Positions 15,990 through 24,238 of a stretch of DNA of 24,238 bases are shown here, one piece after another (position 1 is the first letter of the stretch; the number at the start of each line of letters is the position of its first letter). This DNA comes from an uncultured Gemmatimonadota bacterium (GTDB lineage: Bacteria > SM23-81), in assembly GCA_964584035.1 (NCBI GenBank), contig CAZOYL010000013.1, positions 9,524-33,761 of the forward strand, in the 5' to 3' direction. Position numbers and translations under genes: made by a program. Under the pieces are notes generated by a model. The model was not told the DNA's origin. It did no database searches and was given only the letters and a program-made list of their open reading frames with translations.

Positions 15990-17792
15990 GTGCGATCTCG
16001 GTATTTAGCGATCTGTTGTTTTTGGGGTTTGGCCCTGACGGTCTCCCCCGGGGTCCGGGCAGCGAAGGCCGCCGAATTCATGTCTGTCGACGAGGTCAGA
16101 GTGGGCATGAGGGGTGTGGGCAAAACGGTTTTCTCGGGCACCCGGATTGAAGAATTTCAGGTGGAGATCCTGGGCGTCATGGAAAACGCCCGTCCCCATG
16201 GGGATATGATCCTGGCCAGGGTCAGCGGCGGTCCGCTGGCCACCTCGGGCATGATCCAGGGAATGAGCGGCAGTCCGATCTATATCGACGGGAAACTTCT
16301 GGGGGCCGCTGCCTATGGGTGGTCCTTTTCCAAGGAGCCCATCTGCGGCATCACGCCCATCGAGGAAATGGTTCATATGTGGCGCCAGATGGAGCTTGAT
16401 GAGGCGGCTTCGTGGGAGGAATCGAGCCTGATTCCCTCGCCGGAGATGGGACTTTTCGGAGCGGCCCCGCCGGAGGGATGCCAGGCGGGTTCCGCCGGAC
16501 GTTCGGCGATGCTGCCGCCGGGCGGACTGGTGCCCATCAAGACCCCTGTCATGGTCTCGGGATTTGACCAGCAGGTTATCGATCAGATGGCCCCGGTGTT
16601 TGAAAAATACCACATGAGTCCCATTCAGGCCGGCTCGGGGGCGGGCCGGGAGGGGGACATCGTTCTGGAGCCCGGCGCCTCCCTGGCCGTGCAACTGGTC
16701 AGCGGCGATGTCAGCCTCAGCGCGGTCGGCACGCTGACCTACCGGGAGGGGGACCGGATCATCGGTTTCGGGCATCCCATGTTTTCCTCCGGCGGGGTGG
16801 ATTTTCCCATATCCGGCGCCGTGGTTCACTCGGTCATGCCCAGCCTGGCGACCTCCTTCAAGCTGGCTTCCGTTTCCGATGTGGCCGGTGTCCTGCGGCA
16901 GGATCGCCGTTCCGGCGTGGCCGGAATCGTCGGCTCAGCCTCCATCGCCGTGCCCCTGAAGCTGTCCATCGGCGGCCCGGAAAAGGAGACGCCGGAAAGG
17001 TATCATTTCAATATCATTCACAATAAATTCCTGACCCCCAACCTGGTGTTGTGGACCGTTCTCAACTCTTTCCTGACCACCGGCCGGGCCATGGGCGATG
17101 CCACGATGCGAATGGACGCCCGCCTGTCCCTCGAAGGCCATGGCGAGCTTCGCATGGAGAATGTCTTCGCCGGCTCCACGCCCCATGCGCTGGTGGCCAC
17201 GGAGCTGAGCGAGATCACCGCCCTGCTGTTGAGGACTCCTCTAGAGGCCGTCCGCCTGGAGGGGATCACGCTGGATGTCAGCGTGGAACCCCGCCGCCGG
17301 GAGGCCCGCATCACCGGCGCCCGGCTCGACAGGACCACCGTACACCCGGGAGAAGATGTCGGCGTGACCATATTTCTCCAACCCTATCGGGGAGATGAGC
17401 GGACGGTAAAAGCCTCCCTTCAGGTTCCTCGCGATACGCCTCCGGGCCGATTGATCGTTCAGATCAGCGATGCCGAGTCGAGCATCTCCTGGGAACAGAG
17501 AAGGGCGCCGCATCGCTTTCAATTTCAAAATGTCGGGCACCTCTTGGAGGTTCTCAGGAGCCTGGAGCAGAACGATCAGCTCATGCTCAAGCTGGTGACG
17601 GGACGCGCCGGGGCCGTCGTCAGGGGACGGGAGTTGCCGTCGTTACCGCCGTCCGCTCTGGCGGCCCTGCGGGGATCTCTGACGGGCTCACAGGGGGGAT
17701 TGACCTATCAGGAAGTCATAGTAGAGAAGAGGCTGAACACAGAATTCATGCTCAGCGGTCACATCGCTCTGCCCCTCGAGGTGGAACGCTGA
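15990..17792 (+). CDS. Exported SpoIVB-like peptidase S55 domain protein (circularly permuted) with C-terminal extension
   Basis: GTG start at 15990 after GAGGAG gives a signal-peptide-like MRSRYLAICCFWGLALTVSPGVRA. Contains KTVFSGTRIEEFQVEILG...GMIQGMSGSPIYIDGKLLGA (Ser at 16266) and VGTLTYREGDRIIGFGHP (His at 16773). Confidence 0.88.
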   Translation: MRSRYLAICCFWGLALTVSPGVRAAKAAEFMSVDEVRVGMRGVGKTVFSGTRIEEFQVEILGVMENARPHGDMILARVSGGPLATSGMIQGMSGSPIYIDGKLLGAAAYGWSFSKEPICGITPIEEMVHMWRQMELDEAASWEESSLIPSPEMGLFGAAPPEGCQAGSAGRSAMLPPGGLVPIKTPVMVSGFDQQVIDQMAPVFEKYHMSPIQAGSGAGREGDIVLEPGASLAVQLVSGDVSLSAVGTLTYREGDRIIGFGHPMFSSGGVDFPISGAVVHSVMPSLATSFKLASVSDVAGVLRQDRRSGVAGIVGSASIAVPLKLSIGGPEKETPERYHFNIIHNKFLTPNLVLWTVLNSFLTTGRAMGDATMRMDARLSLEGHGELRMENVFAGSTPHALVATELSEITALLLRTPLEAVRLEGITLDVSVEPRRREARITGARLDRTTVHPGEDVGVTIFLQPYRGDERTVKASLQVPRDTPPGRLIVQISDAESSISWEQRRAPHRFQFQNVGHLLEVLRSLEQNDQLMLKLVTGRAGAVVRGRELPSLPPSALAALRGSLTGSQGGLTYQEVIVEKRLNTEFMLSGHIALPLEVER

Positions 17793-17862
17793 TGTTTCGC
17801 CGGCCGCCGGGGAGATCCGTCAGCCCTGATGAGAACAGAGAGACCATAGAGGAGGTTTCCAG

Positions 17863-20070
17863 ATGAATCCGTTCACGGCCGGTCGTCTCGCCTTGCCTGC
17901 GGCGCTGCTCTTGGTGGCGGTGATGGCCGCCACCTGCGTGGCGGTGATGGCCGCCGCCTGCTGGGCAGTGTCCACCTCTTACTGGGAAGTTCAGCGGCCG
18001 GAGCAGTTCAACCAGGGCATGCTCGACGGGGTTAGCGTTCACAGCGACGGAAAGGTCACCCTCGGCCCGGCGGTTGATCTGCTGGCCGAGACCGGCGAAT
18101 CCTTCGTGTGGTGCCTGGCCGTAGCGTCCAACGGCGATCTCTTTGCCGGAACGGGAAATAACGGAAAGATCATCACCATCGCCGGGAAAGATCAGCGGAC
18201 CATCTGGCAGGACTCCGAAGAGCTGGAGATTCTCAGCCTGATCGCCGGACCGGACCGTCATCTTTACGCCGGAACATCGCCCGGCGGGAAGATCCTGCGG
18301 ATATCATCGCAGGGGAACGCTGCCGTGTTCTTTGAGACCGGGGAAAAGCACGTCTGGTCCCTGGCGTTTGACGGCGACGGCCGGCTGTACGCGGGAACCG
18401 GGACCGAGGGGAAGGTGTTCAGGATATCCCGGAACGGACAGGGGGAGCTGTTCTACGATACCAATGAGACCAACATCACCGCTCTGGTCTGGCAGGGGGA
18501 ATATCTCTATGCCGGCGGATCGGGCAGCGGCCTGATCTACAAGTGTGATCGCCGGGGACAGGGCATGATGGTGTTCGATGCCGAGGAAGAGGAGATCTGC
18601 GGCCTGGTCTTTGATGCCGACGGTCAACTGTATGCGGCGGCCACCAGCGGGGAGAGATCCGCGGGACGCCCGCCCGTGCTGGAGAGAAGACAGGAGGAAG
18701 AACAGGACGCCGGGGAAAATTCCCAGAACGCGGGTTTCTTTATGGAGGAGCCGCTGGAATTCGGAGAGTTTGGAATGCCCCTGGCCGGACCCTCGACCGT
18801 CTATCAGATCGATGGATTCGGATCGGGCCAGCCTCTGTGGAGCGCCCCCGAGGGAGACATGATCTTCTCCCTGGGCAGGGGCTCCGGAGGGGGTCTGATC
18901 GTCGGCACCGGGGATCAGGGCCGGATCTACTCGGTGAGTCCCGCCGGCGACTGGTCCCTGCTGGCCGAACTGGAGGAGTCGCAGATCTTAGTGCTGCAGG
19001 GGGAGAGCGGTGGAGATATACTGGCCGCCACCGGCAATCTTGGAGCCGTCTTCCGCCTGGGCAGCAAGTACGGACGGCAGGGCACGCTGGAATCGGAGGT
19101 GCACGACGCCACGGTCGCGGCCCGCTGGGGCCGGATCTCATGGGATGCTCAGCAGCCGGCCGGAACCAAAGTGACCCTGGAAACCCGCTCCGGTAACAGC
19201 GAGATTCCCGATGAGACCTGGAGCTCATGGTCCCAACCCTATGACCGGGCTGAAGGTCAACAGATCCAGAGCCCGGCGGCACGATTCATCCAATGGCGGG
19301 CCCATCTCTCGACTTCCCGGGAAGAAAAAACGCCCTCATTGGAGAAGGTCTGGCTGGCTTACCTGCAGAACAATTTGGCTCCCCGGGTCCAGGGGATTTA
19401 TGTCCACCCGCCGAGATCGGAAGACGGATCGGGCACGGGACCATCGCGGCGTGATGGTCCCAATGCCGGGTTTCCCGAGGGGGGTCCGCCGGGTTCCGGC
19501 GAACCCTTCGGGGTGGCTGGCGAGCTGGCCGCCGGGGTTCGAAAGGCCAGCTGGCATGCCTATGATCCCAACGGAGACGCGTTGGTTTATGACCTGTTCT
19601 TCAGGGGACGGGAGGAACAGAACTGGAAGCTGCTCAAGGAAGATCTGCCGTCCAGCTCCTACTCCTGGGACAGCAACCTGTTCCCGGACGGGATCTATCG
19701 CCTGAAAGTAAAGGTCAGCGATCGCCCCGACAATCCTGAGCAGCTGGCGATGGGCTCGGAGCGGATCAGTGATCCCTTCGTGGTGGATAATACCGGGCCG
19801 AAAGTGAAGGTGCAGGGGAAGAAGGGGGAGAATGGGCGCTACCGCATATCCGGTCAGGTGAGCGATGAGCTCAGTCCCATCGCGGAACTGTCGTATTCCC
19901 TGGATGCGGAGGATTGGAAGCCGTTGACGGTCAGCGACGAGGTGTTCGATGACACCCGGGAGGAATTCTCGTTTCTCACCGGCCAGCTCTCCCCCGGGGA
20001 GCACACCATCGTGATCAGAGCCAGGGATATGGCCGGGAACGTGGGCGTCGGCAAGACCGTGATGAAATAA
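17863..20070 (+). CDS. Exported beta-propeller (WD40/NHL-like) repeat protein with C-terminal beta-sandwich/Ig-like domains
   Basis: GAGGAGG SD; signal peptide; repeated blades VWCLAVASNGDLFAGTGNNGKI, ILSLIAGPDRHLYAGTSPGGKI and VWSLAFDGDGRLYAGTGTEGKV; then TRSGN...WSSWS, DPNGDALVYDL, DGIYRLKVKVSD, VDNTGP and GEHTIVIRARDMAGN. Confidence 0.85.
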   Translation: MNPFTAGRLALPAALLLVAVMAATCVAVMAAACWAVSTSYWEVQRPEQFNQGMLDGVSVHSDGKVTLGPAVDLLAETGESFVWCLAVASNGDLFAGTGNNGKIITIAGKDQRTIWQDSEELEILSLIAGPDRHLYAGTSPGGKILRISSQGNAAVFFETGEKHVWSLAFDGDGRLYAGTGTEGKVFRISRNGQGELFYDTNETNITALVWQGEYLYAGGSGSGLIYKCDRRGQGMMVFDAEEEEICGLVFDADGQLYAAATSGERSAGRPPVLERRQEEEQDAGENSQNAGFFMEEPLEFGEFGMPLAGPSTVYQIDGFGSGQPLWSAPEGDMIFSLGRGSGGGLIVGTGDQGRIYSVSPAGDWSLLAELEESQILVLQGESGGDILAATGNLGAVFRLGSKYGRQGTLESEVHDATVAARWGRISWDAQQPAGTKVTLETRSGNSEIPDETWSSWSQPYDRAEGQQIQSPAARFIQWRAHLSTSREEKTPSLEKVWLAYLQNNLAPRVQGIYVHPPRSEDGSGTGPSRRDGPNAGFPEGGPPGSGEPFGVAGELAAGVRKASWHAYDPNGDALVYDLFFRGREEQNWKLLKEDLPSSSYSWDSNLFPDGIYRLKVKVSDRPDNPEQLAMGSERISDPFVVDNTGPKVKVQGKKGENGRYRISGQVSDELSPIAELSYSLDAEDWKPLTVSDEVFDDTREEFSFLTGQLSPGEHTIVIRARDMAGNVGVGKTVMK
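17914..17961 (+). repeat. In-frame 24-bp tandem duplication within the signal peptide
   Basis: GTGGCGGTGATGGCCGCCACCTGC / GTGGCGGTGATGGCCGCCGCCTGC (1 mismatch), encoding VAVMAATC-VAVMAAAC. Confidence 0.9.
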
Positions 20071-20123
20071 GGGTGCGGATCAGGGTCATTGGTGAGACAA
20101 CCGATTCGTTGCCAGACCGATGC

Positions 20124-20166
20124 GACGGGGGTGAGAGATACGCGTTCCGCCCCCGTCATTTCTTTG
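20124..20166 (+). terminator. Possible intrinsic terminator after the beta-propeller gene
   Basis: GACGGGGGTG, a 14-nt loop, CGCCCCCGTC, then ATTTCTTTG. Confidence 0.5.
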
Positions 20167-20169
20167 TCT

Positions 20170-20652
20170 TCAGGAATCGCTTAGCGTAAAGATGCCGCGC
20201 AGGGAACTCTCGGCGGCGGGGATATGCTCCTGGGCGATCAGGCAGGTGACGCCGGTGCGCGAAGAGCTGATGCTGTCGATATTGATCCCGTTGGAAGCCA
20301 GGGCATGGAACATCTTCCCGGCCACCCCGGGAACGCCGATGAGGTCCCGCCCGTGGATGGAGATGAGAGCCATGTCCGGCTGAAAGGACAGGCGCTCGGC
20401 GCCCACCGTATTCTTGATCTCTTCGAGCAGGGACCGTGCCGGGTCGACAGCGTCATTGAAAATGGCGAAGGAGATGTTGCTGCACCCCGCCGTCCCCGGA
20501 TTGGTGACCAGCAGTTCCACGCTGATGCCTTTTCGACCCATCGCCCCGAAGATCTCACCGGCCATTCCGGTCCTGTCGGGGACGCCGGCTAAGGTCACCT
20601 TGGTCATGTTCTCGTTTTTTTCGATCCCGTCGATGGCGATCTTTTCCGTCAT
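20170..20652 (-). CDS. Stand-alone tandem-ACT protein resembling the aspartokinase beta (regulatory) subunit
   Basis: ATG 20652 lies 6 nt after GGGAGG; 160 aa. KVTLAGVPDRTGMAGEIFGAM...ISFAI...ALISIHG...PGVAGKMFHALASNGINIDSIS parallels the two ACT domains of LysC-beta. There is no kinase domain. Confidence 0.85.
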   Translation of the reverse strand: MTEKIAIDGIEKNENMTKVTLAGVPDRTGMAGEIFGAMGRKGISVELLVTNPGTAGCSNISFAIFNDAVDPARSLLEEIKNTVGAERLSFQPDMALISIHGRDLIGVPGVAGKMFHALASNGINIDSISSSRTGVTCLIAQEHIPAAESSLRGIFTLSDS

Positions 20653-20714
20653 CTTCATCCTCCCTGTTGATCGTGATGAGCGATCGGCTCCGACAGCGTC
20701 GGGTGTTCGAGAAT

Positions 20715-20743
20715 ATGTTAAAAAAATATAGGCTGAAAAGCAA
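20715..20743 (-). promoter_or_regulatory. sigma70-type promoter for the ACT gene
   Basis: Minus strand reads TTGCTT, 17 nt, TAACAT. Confidence 0.55.
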
Positions 20744-20765
20744 TGGTTATTTGGGATATAAGACC

Positions 20766-20794
20766 TTGACAACTTCCTGTGCAGATGATATCAT
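20766..20794 (+). promoter_or_regulatory. sigma70-type promoter for tdk
   Basis: TTGACA (20766-20771), 17 nt, TATCAT (20789-20794), with an extended -10 TG. Confidence 0.75.
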
Positions 20795-20859
20795 ATTAAG
20801 TTCGACTTCTCATGCGCACCGATTTCACAGGTATCCGCCACCGATCACCTGGAGGTATC

Positions 20860-21420
20860 GTGGACCAGCTCTCTCAGAAGACCGGATGGATCGAAGTGAT
20901 CTGCGGCAGCATGTTCAGCGGGAAAAGTGAGGAGTTGATACGGCGGATCCGCCGCGCCCAGATCGCCCGGCAGAAGGTCCAGGTGTTCAAACCGGCCATC
21001 GACCGTCGTGACAGCGAGGAGCATATCGTCTCCCACGACGACCGGCGGATCCCCTCCGAGCCGGTCTGCTCCGCCAAAGAGATCCTGGCCCAGACCGATC
21101 CCGATACCCAAGTGGTGGGTATCGATGAGGCCCAGTTCTTCAGTCTCGGACTGGTGGGCGTCTGCGAGCGTCTGGCCGACGAAGGCAAGCGGGTCATCGT
21201 TGCCGGTCTGGATCAGGATTATCGCGGCCAGCCGTTCGAACCGATCCCCCAGCTTCTGGCCGTCGCCGAGGTTATCACCAAGAATATGGCCGTCTGCATG
21301 GTCTGCGGCAACCCGGCCAACAAATCCCAGCGCCTGGTCAAAGGAGATCAGCGCGTCATGCTGGGTTCGGAGGGAACCTACGAGCCGCGGTGCCGGCACT
21401 GTTTCGAGCCTCCCGAGTAG
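20860..21420 (+). CDS. tdk: Thymidine kinase
   Basis: GTG start after GGAGG; GSMFSGKS P-loop, FKPAID, IDEAQF, AGLDQDYRGQPF, and zinc ligands CMVC and YEPRCRHC. Confidence 0.96.
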   Translation: MDQLSQKTGWIEVICGSMFSGKSEELIRRIRRAQIARQKVQVFKPAIDRRDSEEHIVSHDDRRIPSEPVCSAKEILAQTDPDTQVVGIDEAQFFSLGLVGVCERLADEGKRVIVAGLDQDYRGQPFEPIPQLLAVAEVITKNMAVCMVCGNPANKSQRLVKGDQRVMLGSEGTYEPRCRHCFEPPE

Positions 21421-21467
21421 CTCATCTGCCGGGCGGCAAGATAACCATACCGGGGTCTATTTTTCCG

Positions 21468-21496
21468 TTGACCCTACAACTTCGAAAAGGTATATT
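21468..21496 (+). promoter_or_regulatory. sigma70-type promoter for yggS-divIVA-PNP-ileS
   Basis: TTGACC (21468-21473), 17 nt, TATATT (21491-21496). Confidence 0.65.
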
Positions 21497-21522
21497 TTAA
21501 AACTATCCTATTCAGCGAACCC

Positions 21523-22206
21523 ATGAATCCGATCCGTGAAAATCTGGAAGCCGTCCGCCGCCGGATGACCATCGCGGCCGAGCGCAGTAACCGTCGTGTG
21601 TCGGACGTCGAGCTCGTGGCCGTGACCAAGACGGTACCGGCGGAAGACATCGAACAGGCCATCGCCTGCGGAGTGAGCATTATCGGCGAAAACAGAATAC
21701 AGGAAGCCGCCGCTAAATTTCCGCAGGTGAAAGGTGACGTGCACTGGCATATGGTGGGCCACCTTCAGCGAAACAAGGTGAAAAAGGCCCTGGAGATATT
21801 CCAGCTGATCCACTCGGTGGACAGCTTTCGTCTGGCCGAAGAGATCAGCCGCCTGGCCGCGGCACAGGGCCGGACGATGGATGTTCTGGTTCAGGTGAAC
21901 ACTTCCGGCGAGGCCAGTAAGTTCGGCCTGGATCCGCAGCAGACCGTTCCCTTTTTGGAATCGCTGGCCCCGCTGTCCGGCCTTCGCGTTCAGGGTCTGA
22001 TGACCATCGGGGCATTCCTTCCGGACCCGGAAGCGGTGAGGCCCTGTTTCAGACAACTGCGGGAGCTCTTCGAGCGGGTCGGAGAGCTGGATTTGCCCAA
22101 TGTGCGTATGCGGTATCTGTCCATGGGCATGTCCAATGATTATCCCGTGGCCATCGCGGAAGGTGCCAATCTGATCCGGGTCGGTACGGCGATATTCAGA
22201 GCCTGA
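21523..22206 (+). CDS. yggS: PLP-binding homeostasis protein YggS/PROSC
   Basis: Motifs LVAVTK, GENRIQE, WHMVGHLQRNK, QVNTSGEASKFG, GLMTI, LSMGMSNDY and IRVGTAIF. Confidence 0.96.
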   Translation: MNPIRENLEAVRRRMTIAAERSNRRVSDVELVAVTKTVPAEDIEQAIACGVSIIGENRIQEAAAKFPQVKGDVHWHMVGHLQRNKVKKALEIFQLIHSVDSFRLAEEISRLAAAQGRTMDVLVQVNTSGEASKFGLDPQQTVPFLESLAPLSGLRVQGLMTIGAFLPDPEAVRPCFRQLRELFERVGELDLPNVRMRYLSMGMSNDYPVAIAEGANLIRVGTAIFRA

Positions 22207-22274
22207 CGGTGGATGGCCGGTGACAAACGATCATATATCCGCTGAGGATGCGTCTCCCTGTGGGGGTGATGGGG

Positions 22275-22940
22275 ATGAGAATCAGTCCGCTGGAGATCGA
22301 GCAGCAGACATTCAACAAAGCGTTGAGAGGGTTCGATCCCGTCGAGGTGACCACGTATTTAGAGAGCCTGGCCGGGAAGTTTGAAACCCTCATCGCCGAG
22401 AATGCCGAGCTGAAGGGAAAAGTGCAGGTCCTGTCCTCCAAGCTGGAGAGCTATCAGGAGATCGAGAAAACGCTTCAGGAAACCCTGTTGGCGTCGCAGA
22501 AGGCGGCCGAGGAGGCCAAGCAAAATCTTCGAAAGCAAGCTGATCTGGTCTACAAACAGGCTCAGCTGGAGCGCCAGCAGATCCTGGGGGAGGCCAGAGC
22601 GCAATTGTCCGATCTGAATCGCAAGATCGCCGAACTGCAGATGGCAAAGGAAAGATATCTGGCCGAATTCAAAGCTTTTCTTGGCGCCCAATGGCATCTT
22701 CTCGAGAATATCGACCAGGGCTCGGAAACCCGCCCGGCGGCTCATTCCTCCGCCCGGCACCGGGTTCGTCCACAGGGTGAGGATCTGGAACGGATCCTGA
22801 AAGATCTGGACCGGACAGAAGATCCGGGAAAAACGGTGTCGCAGGAACCATCCGCAGCAACAGGCCCGTCGTCGACCACTAAATCCCAGCCGGCCGATAC
22901 AGGAGGTCAGGATGAGCAAGCTCACCGAGAAGATCGCTGA
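22275..22940 (+). CDS. divIVA: DivIVA domain protein
   Basis: MRISPLEIEQQTFNKALRGFDPVEVTTYL followed by a long coiled coil (LQETLLASQKAAEE) and a low-complexity C-terminal tail. Confidence 0.9.
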   Translation: MRISPLEIEQQTFNKALRGFDPVEVTTYLESLAGKFETLIAENAELKGKVQVLSSKLESYQEIEKTLQETLLASQKAAEEAKQNLRKQADLVYKQAQLERQQILGEARAQLSDLNRKIAELQMAKERYLAEFKAFLGAQWHLLENIDQGSETRPAAHSSARHRVRPQGEDLERILKDLDRTEDPGKTVSQEPSAATGPSSTTKSQPADTGGQDEQAHREDR

Positions 22941-23733
22941 GACCACCGATTTCCTGCAGTCCCGCACCAAGCTGAGACCCAAAGTGGGCATCATTTTAGG
23001 GTCGGGCCTGGGCGCGCTGGCGGAAGACATCCAGAAGGAAGCGACCATCTCCTATGAGGAGATCCCCCATTTTCCCGTTTCCACCGTGGAGGGACACGCC
23101 GGCCGGCTGATCTTCGGAAAGTTAGGCGGCAAACGTGTGGTGGCCATGCAGGGGAGATTTCATTTCTATGAAGGCTATTCCATGCAGGAGATCACCTTTC
23201 CCGTTCGGGTCATGAGGGCCATGGGAGCGGATGTCCTGGTGGTCTCCAATGCCTGCGGCGGCCTGAATCCCCTGTTCATCCCCGGCGACATCATGATCCT
23301 CACCGACCATATCAACCTGCTGGGCGCTCACCCGCTGATCGGACCCAACGAGGATGAACTGGGCACCCGCTTTCCGGACATGTCAGAGCCGTACGACCGC
23401 AAGCTCATCGCACTGACCGAGAAGGTGGCCCTGGAAGAAAAAATCAAAATTCAGAAAGGCGTCTACGCGGCCATGACCGGTCCCACCCTGGAGACGGCGG
23501 CCGAATATCGATATCTGCGCATCATCGGGGCCGATGTGGTCGGCATGTCCACCGTTCCAGAGGACATCGTCGCCGTCCACGGCGGGATGAAGGTCCTGGG
23601 GCTCTCGGTGATCACCGACAGCTGTCTGCCCGACGCTCTCAAGCCGGCCAGCCATAAGGAGATCATCAAGGTGGCCGCCGAGGCCGAACCCCGTCTGACG
23701 ACACTCATGAAGCGCGTCGTCGAGAGCCTGTGA
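22912..23733 (+). CDS. punA: Purine-nucleoside phosphorylase (trimeric PNP I family)
   Basis: Motifs [52 protein letters not shown] and [16 protein letters not shown] inside the divIVA 3' end. Confidence 0.95.
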   Translation: MSKLTEKIAETTDFLQSRTKLRPKVGIILGSGLGALAEDIQKEATISYEEIPHFPVSTVEGHAGRLIFGKLGGKRVVAMQGRFHFYEGYSMQEITFPVRVMRAMGADVLVVSNACGGLNPLFIPGDIMILTDHINLLGAHPLIGPNEDELGTRFPDMSEPYDRKLIALTEKVALEEKIKIQKGVYAAMTGPTLETAAEYRYLRIIGADVVGMSTVPEDIVAVHGGMKVLGLSVITDSCLPDALKPASHKEIIKVAAEAEPRLTTLMKRVVESL

Positions 23734-23755
23734 CCGAGATGAGGAGTCCGGCTCC

Positions 23756-24238
23756 ATGGATTACTCCAAAGCTCTGAATCTTCCCAAGACCGATTTCCCT
23801 ATGCGGGCCAACCTGCCCAAGCGGGAGCCGGAAATGCTCCGCTTCTGGGACCGGATGAAGGCCTATGAGCGCCTGCGGGAGCTCCGCAGGGGCCGGGAGA
23901 AATATGTCCTGCACGACGGGCCGCCCTATTCCAACGGCGATATTCACATGGGCCACGCCCTGAACAAGACCCTGAAGGATTTCGTGATCCGCTATCAGAG
24001 CATGCGCGGGTTCGACGCCGCCTACGTTCCCGGATGGGACAATCATGGCATGCCCATCGAGATCAACGTGTCCAAGATGATGCGTCAGGAAAATAAGGAA
24101 TACACCCCGCTGGAGCTTCGCCGGCGCTGCCGGGAATATGCCCGGGGATTCATCGATCTGCAGCGCAAGGAATTCATCCGGCTTGGCGTCTGGGGCGACT
24201 GGGAACATCCCTATCTGACCATGTCCCCGGAATTCGAG
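23756..24238 (+). CDS. ileS: Isoleucyl-tRNA synthetase, type 1, N-terminal part (runs off the window edge; absent from the ORF track)
   Basis: [33 protein letters not shown]...[24 protein letters not shown]...[11 protein letters not shown]...[15 protein letters not shown]. Confidence 0.97.
   Translation, partial: MDYSKALNLPKTDFPMRANLPKREPEMLRFWDRMKAYERLRELRRGREKYVLHDGPPYSNGDIHMGHALNKTLKDFVIRYQSMRGFDAAYVPGWDNHGMPIEINVSKMMRQENKEYTPLELRRRCREYARGFIDLQRKEFIRLGVWGDWEHPYLTMSPEFE

Noticed and set aside
17793..17862. CTGATGAG motif suggesting a hammerhead ribozyme or fluoride riboswitch
   Set aside because: The partner GAAA core and required stems are missing, and the gene context does not fit.
20653..20772. 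N-terminal extension of the ACT ORF as a remnant of an aspartokinase catalytic domain, or a lysine riboswitch
   Set aside because: The region is an AT-rich divergent promoter with no kinase motifs and is too short for an L-box.
23705..24208. 167-aa minus-strand ORF
   Set aside because: It is the antisense shadow of ileS.

Overview
GC-rich bacterial chromosomal window with no rRNA, tRNA, CRISPR array or mobile element that I can detect. It has canonical sigma70 promoters (TTGACA-N17-TAnnnT), strong GGAGG Shine-Dalgarno sites, a protease with a T9SS/FlgD-type C-terminal domain, and a tdk / yggS-divIVA-PNP-ileS block. Together these suggest a non-Bacteroidota FCB-group or related diderm (inference). 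Left half, minus strand: yjbQ, a YdjM-like membrane hydrolase, a TolB_N-like/TPR lipoprotein, a translationally coupled lysine-ketoglutarate reductase + saccharopine dehydrogenase pair (a split version of eukaryotic AASS), a GAF-PP2C phosphatase, a second TolB_N-like/TPR protein behind a terminator, an M20 hydrolase and a flavin reductase. A secreted trimeric-fibre-like gene missed by the ORF track runs off the left edge. Right half: a large secreted S8 protease whose leader carries a 3x14-bp repeat, a stand-alone TPR protein, and a two-gene unit of a circularly permuted SpoIVB (S55) protease plus a large exported beta-propeller protein. These are followed by a stand-alone aspartokinase-beta-like ACT protein and housekeeping genes. 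The best candidates for an undescribed system are the permuted S55 protease/beta-propeller pair and the saccharopine operon embedded among signalling genes. All family assignments come from motifs recognised by eye; no database searches were run.
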